The notes below the pieces were generated by a model. The model was given only the letters and a program-made list of their open reading frames with translations. It ran no database searches and had not been told where the DNA came from. Made by a program: the position numbers and the translations under genes. Positions 1-10,014 of a stretch of DNA of 64,000 nt are shown here, piece after piece (within the stretch, counting starts at the first letter, position 1; each line of letters starts with the position of its first letter). Source of the DNA: an uncultured Bacteroidales bacterium (lineage in GTDB: Bacteria; Bacteroidota; Bacteroidia; Bacteroidales; UBA932); contig UQWT01000003.1 of NCBI GenBank assembly GCA_900544815.1, forward strand, positions 157 through 64,156, read 5' to 3'.

Positions 1-774
1 CAGGATTAAGGCAGTTTGTAGAAAAATATCCATTACAATTTCCACCCCATCCAAAATTAAAATGGAATAAATAATTGGTATTGTCTTCTGATGAAAACTT
101 TGCCCCATCTATAACCCAAGAATGTCCTTTTGTAAAATTACATGGTATTGCAGATATAAATACTGGTTTACCCCAAGCCAACATACCACTTGTTTTTCTA
201 ATCATACTATTTGTAAATTTAGATGAACTGTATTTTGTTACATTTGTATAACCGTATTTAGCCATACGTTTCTTTATCTGCTCCGGCGTGATAAGTGTAA
301 ACCACGGCGTTACAACCTTGCGCACTTTTGAATATATATCATACATCAACAAAGCAACATCCTCTTTTCCCTTATCTGTTAAGTTATTTACGAAAGTCCC
401 CGATTTCATTCTATTCCAATCAAGAATGTCTCCCTTAACAATCAAATTCTGTGGATATTCATTTGCCGCCATTATCATCGCAAGAGCTGTTGTGGAGCAC
501 CCTGTGCTAGCATTTCGTTTTGGGCCTATCCATAATAATCTATATTTACAGTACTTATTATACGGAGCGCCCTGTCCCCACGCAGTGTTTAAAATAGGCG
601 AAACAGTGGCCAACGGGTAATTATTCTCTCCTGTTTCTCCTGTTCCAATGGGATTATCCCTAAATCGTTTAATTTGTCGGTAGCACTCTTATTTGAGATC
701 GTCGATTCTTTGCTACAAGAAACAATAACGAGCAATCCCAACAACAAAGGCAATAAAAATTTTTTTCTTCTCAT
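1..774 (-). pseudogene. C10 family (streptopain/SpeB-like) cysteine peptidase lipoprotein, apparently frameshifted; C-terminus runs off the window start
   Basis: Hand translation of the minus strand from 688 down to 1 is open. It reads ...SPILNTAWGQGAPYNKYC...ASTGCSTTALAMIMAANEYP...KGHSWVIDGAKF...FHFNFGWGGNCNGYF. These are the W-x-Q..PYN, catalytic GCxxTA, H-x-x-IDG and NFGWGG..NGYF motifs typical of C10 peptidases. The only lipoprotein signal peptide (MRRKKFLLPLLLGLLVIVSC, ORF 589..774) is in another frame. Both frames are open only between 592 and 688, so one indel is needed to join them. Confidence 0.6.
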
Positions 775-1113
775 TTTACTGTCGTTTTTTAAGTGTTCCT
801 ATTATTTTTATATAACTTTTACCATAGATGGATAATTTCCAAAACAGGCATTATTTTTTACAAAGATAAACAAATATTCCAGTTCTACAACAAATTTTAA
901 ATCTTTTTGCATTATTTTCTTCAAAATTCAAACTATACTCTTAAAGATGTCTACAATAGTAAAAATCGACAAATACTCCGTAATCAGAATCATTGGCGCA
1001 AAATATTATTTTATCATAAAGCAACCAGTAGTCCTCTTTGGTGTTTCGGGTTCCTCTATTAAAGCAATTATTCCTAACTTTGGCCTTTGCAAAGACGCCC
1101 ATACCCAAAAGCG

Positions 1114-2046
1114 ATGCTTAAAGAGTATTTAAATAGCAACTATAGTGCAATCACAATCCTTGGTCCCACTGCAAGCGGAAAGACCAAAGCCGCTGTTGCA
1201 TTAGCACATAGAATAGAGAAACTTGCAGGCAAAAAGGCAGAGATTCTATCTGCCGATTCAAGGCAGGTTTACATTGGAATGGACATTGGCACCGGCAAAG
1301 ATATGGATGAGTACGGCAATGTTCCCGTTCACCTCATAGACATTGTTCCTGCCGGTGAAAAATACAATATCTTCCGCTACCAAAGAGACTTTTCAAAAGC
1401 ATACAGTCAAATAGTCGAGAAAGGGAATTTGCCAATAATATGCGGAGGTTCGGGACTTTACATAGAGGCTGCCACATGCGGATACGAACTTAAAGATGTT
1501 GACCCTAACCTGCAATTGAGGGCGGAATTAGAGCAGAAAACAATGGAGGAGCTTATAGCTATGTTCACAGACTTGAAGCTCAAAAACGGTACACAACCAC
1601 ACAACCACACAGATTTCGACACCAAAAAGAGGGTTATAAGAGCCATTGAAATAGAGATGGCGATTACCAAAAAAGAGCCTGCAAAAGAGTTTATTCCGCT
1701 TCCCGACAAAAACTCTATTCTCTTCCTTGGGGTAGATGTAGACAGAGAGACCCGCAACAAAAGAATAGACACCCGGTTGCAGAGCAGGCTTGAAGAGGGG
1801 ATGATAGATGAGGTAAAAAGGCTGTTAGACAGTGGGATAAAGGCAGAAGACCTAATCTATTACGGATTGGAATATAAATATGTGACACTTTACCTTACAG
1901 GAGAGTTAGAGTACAGTACAATGGTGGATAAACTGCAGACAGCCATTCACCAGTTTGCCAAAAGGCAGATGACGTGGTTTAGAGGGATGGAGCGCAAAGG
2001 GATAGAGATTAAATGGTTGCCGCTTGAAGAATTTTTAGGAGAATAA
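1114..2046 (+). CDS. miaA: tRNA dimethylallyltransferase
   Basis: P-loop ITILGPTASGKT and the SADSRQVYIGMDIGTGK motif; length about 310 aa. ATG at 1114 is preferred over the TTG at 1087 used by the ORF track. Confidence 0.9.
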   Translation: MLKEYLNSNYSAITILGPTASGKTKAAVALAHRIEKLAGKKAEILSADSRQVYIGMDIGTGKDMDEYGNVPVHLIDIVPAGEKYNIFRYQRDFSKAYSQIVEKGNLPIICGGSGLYIEAATCGYELKDVDPNLQLRAELEQKTMEELIAMFTDLKLKNGTQPHNHTDFDTKKRVIRAIEIEMAITKKEPAKEFIPLPDKNSILFLGVDVDRETRNKRIDTRLQSRLEEGMIDEVKRLLDSGIKAEDLIYYGLEYKYVTLYLTGELEYSTMVDKLQTAIHQFAKRQMTWFRGMERKGIEIKWLPLEEFLGE

Positions 2047-2099
2047 CTATTACCTGTCACCAAGTTGATATTTAATACCGGCTTATATTAATAAACGCT

Positions 2100-3230
2100 A
2101 TGATAAAGAATCTAATTGGAATGGCTGTTGCCACGCTACTTGCGCTGACTGCAAATTATGCAGCAGCCCAAAAGGCAAAAGATCTTAAGTACTACAATGT
2201 TAAAGAGCTTGTAAAAGAGGGTAAAGCCCATATTGTTAACCAAGCAGATTACGGAACCGGTTTCTTTACCCGGCTTCCGCAGCAGATGGAGGGAAAGGTA
2301 AGGAAACCTGTCTGGGACTTAGGGCAGAACAGCGCAGGCATAGCAGTCCTTTTCTGCACAGACAGTAAGGCTATAGGAGCAAAATGGACACTGCTCAACA
2401 ACTTTAGTATGGCACACATGCCTGGAACAGGAATCAGAGGATTAGACCTGTACAGCAGGATAGACAACCAATGGTATTTTACAGGAACAGCCCAGCCAAA
2501 CGGTAAGGAGAGCATGAATGTCTTTGCACGCAAATTGCAAGGAAACAGAATAGACTATATAATGTATCTTCCCCTTTACGATGGCATTACAGAACTTAAC
2601 ATTGGGATAGACTCATCTGCATCCTTTTATGAATCACATAAAGAGAAGTTAATCAATACCGCAAAAGCACCTGTCCTCTTTTACGGAACAAGCATAACGC
2701 AGGGAGGTTGTGCCTCTCGCCCAGGAATGGTCTACACCTCTATGGTACAGAGAACTTTAGGCATTGAAACCATAAACCTTGGATTTAGCGGCAACGGCAG
2801 AATGGACAGAATAATGGCAGATGCCATAGCAAAAGTAAAAACATCTGCTGTTGTAATAGACTGTCTGCCAAACTGTACCTATCAGATAATCAAAGACAGC
2901 GCAGACTATTTTGTAAGGACAATTGCAGCTGCAGATCCTCAAAGACCGGTGTTTTTAGTCTCTAATTTCAGATTCCCTGCATATTGGCTTACAGGTGATG
3001 ACCAGGCAGAGACAGAGAGGGAAAATACTCTTTGGAAAGAGACTGCAGACAAACTCAGGAAGGAGGGCTTTAAGAATATCCACTATATAGATATTGAGGG
3101 CAAGACAATGAAAGAGGCTGCCACAGGGCCGGATTACGAGTACACCGTAGATGGCATTCATCTAACAGATCTTGGCTTTATGCGAATGGGAGAATACTAT
3201 ACCAATATGCTCAAAAAATATACAAAGTAG
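2100..3230 (+). CDS. secreted SGNH/GDSL-family hydrolase
   Basis: N-terminal signal peptide. SGNH blocks FYGTSITQGG (Ser), GFSGNG and DGIHLTDLG (Asp-x-x-His). Confidence 0.7.
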   Translation: MIKNLIGMAVATLLALTANYAAAQKAKDLKYYNVKELVKEGKAHIVNQADYGTGFFTRLPQQMEGKVRKPVWDLGQNSAGIAVLFCTDSKAIGAKWTLLNNFSMAHMPGTGIRGLDLYSRIDNQWYFTGTAQPNGKESMNVFARKLQGNRIDYIMYLPLYDGITELNIGIDSSASFYESHKEKLINTAKAPVLFYGTSITQGGCASRPGMVYTSMVQRTLGIETINLGFSGNGRMDRIMADAIAKVKTSAVVIDCLPNCTYQIIKDSADYFVRTIAAADPQRPVFLVSNFRFPAYWLTGDDQAETERENTLWKETADKLRKEGFKNIHYIDIEGKTMKEAATGPDYEYTVDGIHLTDLGFMRMGEYYTNMLKKYTK

Positions 3231-3256
3231 CCCCTCATCTCACAAGATAAACATAA

Positions 3257-3299
3257 AAAGTCTGCCAAGGAACCACCTTTTGGCCGACTTTTTATTTTA
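3257..3299 (+). terminator. imperfect hairpin plus T-run downstream of the SGNH hydrolase gene
   Basis: aaagtctgccaagg...ccttttggccgacttt followed by tttattttag, located between convergent genes. Confidence 0.4.
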
Positions 3300-3343
3300 G
3301 CAAAGCTACAATAAATGCTACACTTTAGCATAATTAAGTAATC

Positions 3344-4510
3344 TTAAACAAACAACTCCCTAATAATACTGTCCGCCACAAAAAGATACCCCTTTGCTAT
3401 GGCATACTGCCTATCCCCACTACCCACGGGCACCAACTTTCCACTCTCTATATAAACAGACAACTGCCGCTCTATCTCTTTAAAAAATTCCGGGAACTCC
3501 GCTCTTAGCAAACCAAAATCCACTCCGTGGCATCTTCTTAACCCCAACATTATAGATTCATTGAACATATCCTCCTTGCTTAGAACTTCGCTTTCCAAAA
3601 TGTAGCCAAGCGGTAATCCGTCATTCAGACGGTCTTTATAATATTTTATGTATCCCGACAGATTATTCTTGTTCCAACTTCTCTCCATACCGTTATATGA
3701 ATGGGCGCCTGGTCCCAATCCCAAATACGGCACTTTTCTCCAATAAGAGCTGTTATGAATGGAACAGTATTCATCCGATATGGCAAAATTCGATATTTCA
3801 TACTGCAGATAACCTTTACTTAGAAGATAATCCTGCAAGAGGCTGTATTGTCGTGCACAATAATCATCAGATGGTGGAGTATACACCCCCTGCTCATACT
3901 GTTTTCCCAATGGGCTACCGGGATCTATACTCATCTGATATGCAGATATATGATTGGGCTTCAACTGAGTGATTGTTTGCAGATTATATCTCCATTGAGA
4001 GTCTGTAAGCAGCGAATAGCCAAAAATAAGATCTAAACTTATGTTGTTTATGCCTGCATTTCGCAGTAGCTCAACAGCAGAGATTGCCTCTGCCGCCGTA
4101 TAGCGCCTGTTCATCCATATTAGGTGTTCATCAACGAAAGATTGGACACCTAAACTAACTCTGTTTACCCCAAGAGCCACCAACGCCTCTGCATAATCCA
4201 AATTAATATCATTTGGATTGGCCTCTATGGTAAACTCTTTAAAATCTGCAGGAAAAACAGATTTTATTCCATCTATAAGCTCTGTCAACTGAGCAACTGT
4301 CAAACAAGAGGGGGTGCCCCCACCAATGTATAGTGTATGACACCCCTTTTCTGTTTTATCTGCCGGCGTATCAAAGAAACGACTCCTGCTTTCAGCCTCT
4401 TTAATTACAGCCTTAACATAATCGTCTCTACTGCCCAACCCTTTTACGGAATAAAAACTGCAATACCTGCAAAATGTCCTGCAAAACGGGATATGGACAT
4501 AGATATGCAT
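3344..4510 (-). CDS. hemW: radical SAM family heme chaperone / oxygen-independent coproporphyrinogen oxidase-like protein
   Basis: N-terminal IPFCRTFCRYCSF (CxxxCxxC radical-SAM motif), GGGTPS and a HemN-like C-terminal region; 388 aa. Confidence 0.85.
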   Translation of the reverse strand: MHIYVHIPFCRTFCRYCSFYSVKGLGSRDDYVKAVIKEAESRSRFFDTPADKTEKGCHTLYIGGGTPSCLTVAQLTELIDGIKSVFPADFKEFTIEANPNDINLDYAEALVALGVNRVSLGVQSFVDEHLIWMNRRYTAAEAISAVELLRNAGINNISLDLIFGYSLLTDSQWRYNLQTITQLKPNHISAYQMSIDPGSPLGKQYEQGVYTPPSDDYCARQYSLLQDYLLSKGYLQYEISNFAISDEYCSIHNSSYWRKVPYLGLGPGAHSYNGMERSWNKNNLSGYIKYYKDRLNDGLPLGYILESEVLSKEDMFNESIMLGLRRCHGVDFGLLRAEFPEFFKEIERQLSVYIESGKLVPVGSGDRQYAIAKGYLFVADSIIRELFV

Positions 4511-4533
4511 CTGCCTAAGAACCTTTACTTAAC

Positions 4534-5394
4534 TTACTTGAGCAGAAGGTCTGCACTTCCCAATTTGCCCTGTGTTGTATAGGCATCTACCGTGTAAACA
4601 CCCTTTGCAAGTTTCTCCGCAGGGGTAAAATATACACAAACTTCAACCTCCTCACCTTGATAGTCAACCTCTCTCGATGCAGAATATATCAACTCTTCAC
4701 CATTGAACTTGAATATATTCTGAGACCCGGATGTAAGCAATATTCCATCGGGACCTTTTATCCTTATATAAACCTCCATAAGGCCGCTCTTTGCTATACT
4801 GTTTTCTACAAGATTCAAGCATGTTTTGAGTTTTACAACCCTGCCGGCCTTTGCAATGAGTTTGCCATTATCTGAAATTCCTGTAAGAGTTACACCTCTG
4901 CCCTTTATTACAGAGCCTTTCTCAACCTGTTTTGAAAGATCTTCAGTAGTAGACTTAAGGTTATCGTATCTTTTTCTGCTCTCTTTTGCCTCTTTTCTTG
5001 CCTCCGCAGTCTCTTTTCTAAGGTTGTTATTAAGGGTATTAAGCGAGTCTATCTGTTTGATATAGCCTCTCATTATACTTCTGAGTGTACCCAACTCCTT
5101 TTCATATTTTCTAAGCTGGTATTTATTGTTAGCCTCTGTTTTCTTAACCCTTTCTATGAGTTGGGCCACCTTCTCCTTCTCTTTTGCAAGTTCACTGCTT
5201 AATGTATCGTTAGTGGTAGACAAATTAGAATAATCCTCCTGCAACTGCTGCATCTCAACTGTAAGTGTCTCCTTATCAACCGTAAGATCATTGATTAAAT
5301 TGTTTCTGTCTACCCATACATAGATGAGAACGCCTACCAGCAGAATGGCAACTCCGCCCAATACATAAATAATAGTCTTAAAATTTTTTTCCAT
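4534..5394 (-). CDS. membrane-anchored coiled-coil protein, function unknown
   Basis: One N-terminal TM helix (IIYVLGGVAILLVGVLIYVWV), a long charged heptad-like region and a beta-rich C-terminal domain. No motif I recognise. Confidence 0.5.
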   Translation of the reverse strand: MEKNFKTIIYVLGGVAILLVGVLIYVWVDRNNLINDLTVDKETLTVEMQQLQEDYSNLSTTNDTLSSELAKEKEKVAQLIERVKKTEANNKYQLRKYEKELGTLRSIMRGYIKQIDSLNTLNNNLRKETAEARKEAKESRKRYDNLKSTTEDLSKQVEKGSVIKGRGVTLTGISDNGKLIAKAGRVVKLKTCLNLVENSIAKSGLMEVYIRIKGPDGILLTSGSQNIFKFNGEELIYSASREVDYQGEEVEVCVYFTPAEKLAKGVYTVDAYTTQGKLGSADLLLK

Positions 5395-5614
5395 AATTTT
5401 AACGCTTTAAGTAGAAAATGAGAGCCCCTAAAAGTAATACTCTCCCTCCGTTTAACAAGTTGTACAAAATTCGCATACTTATTGCAACAAAAATATAGCC
5501 AAACGAGATAATCCATACCTTATTTGACTTGAGATACAAAAATAAGAAATAATATTTTTATATTTGCCAACAATAAGTTTTTTTGTTTTATCACATACAT
5601 AACGTAAATACATT

Positions 5615-6085
5615 ATGAAGTACTTTATTAGGTCTGTCAAATATTTTGTCTACATCGTAGTAATATTTATTATTCTTGTCAATATTATCTTCTACACATC
5701 ACAGAGACAGCCGGGAATAGACAATTTTACAGATCTGTTCAAGGATGGCTCATTGTGGCAGATGCTCGCTCTGTTTGTTGCATTCTCTGCCGTATATCCT
5801 ATCTTGGGCTATTACAACAAGAAGATTTATACTAACAACAATTTTGCAGCAAAGAAACAGTCTATTATAGATTATATGACTAATGGCGGAAGGTATATGT
5901 TAACCGATGATTCAAACGGACGTCTTACATTTAGAATAAAAAGCCCTTTTATAAGGTTCATGAGACTTTATGAGGATGCCATTGTTATAGACTACACAAG
6001 CAATCCTGTTATTATGAGCGGTCTTAGGAAGGAGGTTGTAAGATACAGCAGAAATATTGAAACCATTATCCAGAGTGAAGAGTAA
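5615..6085 (+). CDS. small membrane protein, function unknown
   Basis: Two predicted TM helices followed by a soluble tail; clean ATG ORF filling the intergenic gap. Confidence 0.45.
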   Translation: MKYFIRSVKYFVYIVVIFIILVNIIFYTSQRQPGIDNFTDLFKDGSLWQMLALFVAFSAVYPILGYYNKKIYTNNNFAAKKQSIIDYMTNGGRYMLTDDSNGRLTFRIKSPFIRFMRLYEDAIVIDYTSNPVIMSGLRKEVVRYSRNIETIIQSEE

Positions 6086-6144
6086 CTTTGGCATTGGCTA
6101 AGGCCAACTCTAACGCCAAAGCCAAAGCTGATAAACTATAAACC
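6086..6144. repeat. mosaic low-complexity intergenic repeat, copy A
   Basis: ggcattggctaaggccaac...cgccaaagccaaagc followed by ataaactataaacc. It uses the same GCCAAAGC hexamer-type and TATAAAC heptamer-type sub-motifs as copies B-F. It starts at the nucleotide after the stop codon at 6085. Confidence 0.6.
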
Positions 6145-6149
6145 AATAT

Positions 6150-6362
6150 ATGAGAGTTGTAAAAAGATACGAAAACGGTTTTAGCGCAAACCTTGCAAAA
6201 GGTATGTTAGAGAGCAACGGCATAGATGCCTGGATTCTCAATCCAAATCAGGCATTCTCTACCGGCTCCACTTTTGGTACACTTGGAATAGAATTAGCTG
6301 TTGCCGATGAAAACTATGATGAGGCCTGCAGACTTTTGGCAGCCTCTTCTAATGCAGAGTAA
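6150..6362 (+). CDS. small DUF2007-like (putative signal-transducing) protein
   Basis: 70 aa; the N-terminal pattern VVKRYENGFSANLAKGMLESNGIDAWILN resembles the DUF2007 family as I remember it. Confidence 0.45.
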   Translation: MRVVKRYENGFSANLAKGMLESNGIDAWILNPNQAFSTGSTFGTLGIELAVADENYDEACRLLAASSNAE

Positions 6363-6910
6363 AATTCCTCTCCAAAGTGGCTTGTTATAACTTCCCGCAG
6401 GAACTTATATACGGGAAGTCTCTCTTTCTTGCCCTTTTCAAATGCGCATTTGCATATATCCCATCTGTGAAGATTCAAAGCTGTATATCCGTTTGAAAGT
6501 TGAGACAGTCTTATTGGATATAGGGAACAGGATATTGGTTTTTTAAATCTGCTCCTCCCCGCACAATACGATTTTTCAATAGCGCAAAAACAGTTTTCAT
6601 TCTCATCAAAGCAGGTGTATGCACACTCCATCTTTCCAACAAGCGGCGTAACCAAATCTCCGTCTGTATCTATTTCGGCTACTCCGTTCTTCTCAATCAC
6701 AGCTATGCCACTTGATGTCATAAATGGTTTATAGAGAGGATAGTTATCCTCTAACTTTTCTATTTCGTCCTCCTCTACCGGTGCTCCACTGTCTCCTATA
6801 ATACAACAGCACCCCTTGCAGGTTTTATAATCACATGCAAAAAATTCTGTAAGGATGTCGGAAGAGACTAAATATCTATCTATTTCAAATATAAAACTTC
6901 TGTTTCTCAT
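6314..6910 (-). CDS. Cys-rich conserved hypothetical protein (DUF3109-like)
   Basis: FFACDYKTCKGCCC cysteine cluster plus further conserved Cys residues; about 198 aa. The family assignment is from memory only. Confidence 0.45.
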   Translation of the reverse strand: MRNRSFIFEIDRYLVSSDILTEFFACDYKTCKGCCCIIGDSGAPVEEDEIEKLEDNYPLYKPFMTSSGIAVIEKNGVAEIDTDGDLVTPLVGKMECAYTCFDENENCFCAIEKSYCAGRSRFKKPISCSLYPIRLSQLSNGYTALNLHRWDICKCAFEKGKKERLPVYKFLREVITSHFGEEFYSALEEAAKSLQASS

Positions 6911-6951
6911 GGATATCGTTATTTGTAGGGAATAGGATTGAAAAAAAGCCT

Positions 6952-9828
6952 TTAATAGCCAAAGAAATTACGTATAAACTCATCCTCCTTAAACAGTGTC
7001 CTTGTCTTTACATCATCTTCCGTTCCCTCCATAAGGAGATCTACCTGATTGCCGTACCCCACAAGATTTGTCATAAAGAGGTTAAAGTCTTTTGATGTTA
7101 TTCCATCTAAAACAGAGAGATAATCTTTATTAAAGTTTATATTGTACAACATTCGGTTTTCTAACACATCAAGCCAATATATATTCATATTGCATATCTG
7201 CTTAAAGTTTTCTTTGGCTTTGTTTACCGCTATATTAAACAGTGAATTATCTACACCATTCTTAAGTATGTTATCCAATATCCCAAGGTATGCCTCCTTT
7301 ACCACAAAAATATCTGAACTGTCTGCCACAAAGTTTGTATTAAGTACAAATATCTGTTCGGGATAATTGATAATCTTGGATGATGTTATAACATCTGTCG
7401 TAATCCTCCTTACAGGCGATTTTTCTATTGCAGCCTTTATATACGTCCTACAAAGGTCTGCCATTACATAATTCTTTATGTTAAAGTCGCACCCAATCGA
7501 ATTTGTGATGTTAAGATAACAGCGCGGCACCACCATCTCTGCGAAGAACTGCTTTGAGACTCTCCCTTTTGTAAGGTAGTTTGGCACAACCACTCCTGTC
7601 TCTCTTGCATCAGGGTTCCCTTTAAGGAGACTCAAGTATTTTACAGACAGATCTTTTATGATCATTGGGTCTATATTGCCGGTAAAAACAAATATAAAAT
7701 CTGCGGCATTGGCAAATCTGCCGTTTATCTGGTTATAGATTCTGTTATAATTAAGCCTTGCAATATCCTCCTTTGTCACTCTGCCTACATACCTTTTATT
7801 ACTGTTGTTATAATATGCTATACTGTCTGCAAAAAGATGAGTCGGCGACAGCATGTCATACTCGGATTCAAAGATTTTTGTCTTTTTATATAAATCAAAC
7901 GCCCTGTCATCTTTCCTTCTTTGAGCAAAGGAGAGGTACAAGGCTGTAAACAGCTCCTCTAATTTATTCATTGGTGCATAGCCGTAAACGATCTCCTTGT
8001 CCTGTTTGATTGCAGACTTCATGTCCATATCGTTGTATCGGTAAAGCCGTTCCAATTCTGACTGCATCACATTGGCAAGTCCTCCCATGTTTACAAGGTC
8101 GTTCATATATTTTTCGTTGCTTAGGGTAATGCCGTCCATCATGGAAAAGCCGCCTTTGCTGACAGCTCTTACAGAGACTGTATCTTTTGAATCTGTAGTC
8201 TGTTTGAAAACAACGGTAACGCCGTTAGGCAGATAGAACTCTTTGGCTCCTGTAAGCGGGTCTGTTCCCTCTTGAACATTAAGTGCGGTCTCCCTGTATG
8301 CTACATGAGGCCAACGGACCGTCTCCTTCTCTATCCTTTCCGGTGCTGCCGTAGCCAATGTCTCCTTAAAGGTGGAGTAGAGTCTCTCCTTTGAGATATT
8401 GTCCAACGACGGTCTGTCGGGAACTTTACACACTATCCTAAAATTCTCCTTATTGCCAAGCAGTGCCTTGGCATAATCGTTAAGTTGTGTTTGGGTAATG
8501 GCATAGACAATCTCCTTCATCATTTCAAACTTAAGCTCTATACTTGCCAATGAGTATCCGTAAAGGTAGTTGTCCAACAGCCTTTTGGAGAAGATGGCAT
8601 TGGGCTGGCTAAATCTATTGTCGTACAGGTTCTCTATATCCCTATAATATATATCTTTGGATTTAAGAAGTTCCTGTCCGTTGAATCCGAACTTTGCCAT
8701 CCTGTCTATCTCTGAACTAAGAAAACTTAATGTCTGGTAGATATTGTCGGGCAATGTCTCGTACGAAACGGAGATGAAGTTTTCGTCTGTGCTATATGGC
8801 GTCTCCTTTACCCTATACTCCACATTCCACACCGGCAGATTGTTCTTTAAAATTCCGTCTGATATTCTGGATGCCAACAACGCTAATATTGAGTTTGTCA
8901 TAAACTCCTGTATAAAAGGAACAGATGTGTTCTTGTATTTTGCAGGTAGTTCCGTTTTTATAAAGTCTATACTTACAGAGACTCTGTTGTACTCTTTGTC
9001 CTTCTGCAGACTTATAAAATTGGATCTGTCTATAGAGAGCTTCCTTGCCTCCGGCTTCCGGGTAAGCGGTTTTGGGATGGTTGAAAAGAGCGATGTTATT
9101 CTGGTCCTCACAGATGCTGTATCTATGTCTCCGCATACTATTATAGCCTGAAGATCCGGGCGAAACCATTTGTAATAAAAGTTCCTTAACTCCTTTGAGG
9201 TGAAACGGGGGGTGTGTGCCCATGGTTTCTGTTCTGCATCTTTGCTATTGTCTTTAAGAAAATCCTGGTTGCTCTTAAATGTTGTTCTGTTTTCGGCTGT
9301 CCAGAAATTTCTTACCCTATTATTATATAGTGTTTCTGCATTGTCTATATCCTCCTCATCTATGTTTATGGATGACATCCAGTTATATAGAATAAGCAGA
9401 GTTGAATCCGTTACATTGGAGTTTTTTAGCGGTACATTGTTTATGGAATATATTGTATTATTGTTGCCTGTATTGAACTGTATATCTTTTGGAGAGAGCC
9501 CCAAACCTGTAAGATATGTGGTGATTGTGGAATCAGGAAAGTTTCTTGTTCCTCTCAGCGAAAGCAGTTCTAACATCTTTAGCATACCTCTCTGATTATA
9601 ATCCTCTACATTCTCCCCTATCTTCTGTGCAAGTATAAAATCTGCATGCCCTTTAGCACCTGTATTCTTAAATAGATAGTATGTAAGCCCGTTTGCCAAT
9701 TTCCCGGTTTTCACCCTTGGATCTGTAGGCAGGGAGGCCACATCCTGCCCAAGGATACTACATGGTTCAACCAACATAAATAACAATAACAGTAAGAGAT
9801 ATGGTCTCCACGAACAATATGATTTCAT
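6952..9828 (-). CDS. M16 (pitrilysin/insulinase) family protein, predicted catalytically inactive
   Basis: Signal peptide; 958 aa. The N-terminal region aligns by eye to M16: KLANGLTYYL...NQRGMLKMLELLSLRGTRNFP. The HxxEH zinc motif position reads K-M-L-E-L. Confidence 0.65.
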   Translation of the reverse strand: MKSYCSWRPYLLLLLLFMLVEPCSILGQDVASLPTDPRVKTGKLANGLTYYLFKNTGAKGHADFILAQKIGENVEDYNQRGMLKMLELLSLRGTRNFPDSTITTYLTGLGLSPKDIQFNTGNNNTIYSINNVPLKNSNVTDSTLLILYNWMSSINIDEEDIDNAETLYNNRVRNFWTAENRTTFKSNQDFLKDNSKDAEQKPWAHTPRFTSKELRNFYYKWFRPDLQAIIVCGDIDTASVRTRITSLFSTIPKPLTRKPEARKLSIDRSNFISLQKDKEYNRVSVSIDFIKTELPAKYKNTSVPFIQEFMTNSILALLASRISDGILKNNLPVWNVEYRVKETPYSTDENFISVSYETLPDNIYQTLSFLSSEIDRMAKFGFNGQELLKSKDIYYRDIENLYDNRFSQPNAIFSKRLLDNYLYGYSLASIELKFEMMKEIVYAITQTQLNDYAKALLGNKENFRIVCKVPDRPSLDNISKERLYSTFKETLATAAPERIEKETVRWPHVAYRETALNVQEGTDPLTGAKEFYLPNGVTVVFKQTTDSKDTVSVRAVSKGGFSMMDGITLSNEKYMNDLVNMGGLANVMQSELERLYRYNDMDMKSAIKQDKEIVYGYAPMNKLEELFTALYLSFAQRRKDDRAFDLYKKTKIFESEYDMLSPTHLFADSIAYYNNSNKRYVGRVTKEDIARLNYNRIYNQINGRFANAADFIFVFTGNIDPMIIKDLSVKYLSLLKGNPDARETGVVVPNYLTKGRVSKQFFAEMVVPRCYLNITNSIGCDFNIKNYVMADLCRTYIKAAIEKSPVRRITTDVITSSKIINYPEQIFVLNTNFVADSSDIFVVKEAYLGILDNILKNGVDNSLFNIAVNKAKENFKQICNMNIYWLDVLENRMLYNINFNKDYLSVLDGITSKDFNLFMTNLVGYGNQVDLLMEGTEDDVKTRTLFKEDEFIRNFFGY

Positions 9829-10014
9829 AAATAGTGACGTCTTTTGATTAGCTTATCCAATATTTGTTGCTAAAATAATAATTTTAACGTTATCTGTTTG
9901 TTATTATCTCCATTTTTTCTATTTTTGGAATCATTTTCGCAGTAAGAGTCATAGGCTCCTGTTGCAGAAGATGTAACAAATGAGCGGACTAATAACATTT
10001 AACGACTAAATACA

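Noticed and set aside
288-620. 110-aa plus-strand ORF at the window start
   Set aside because: It is antisense to a frame carrying unmistakable C10 peptidase motifs. It has no recognisable motifs of its own, so it is a shadow ORF.
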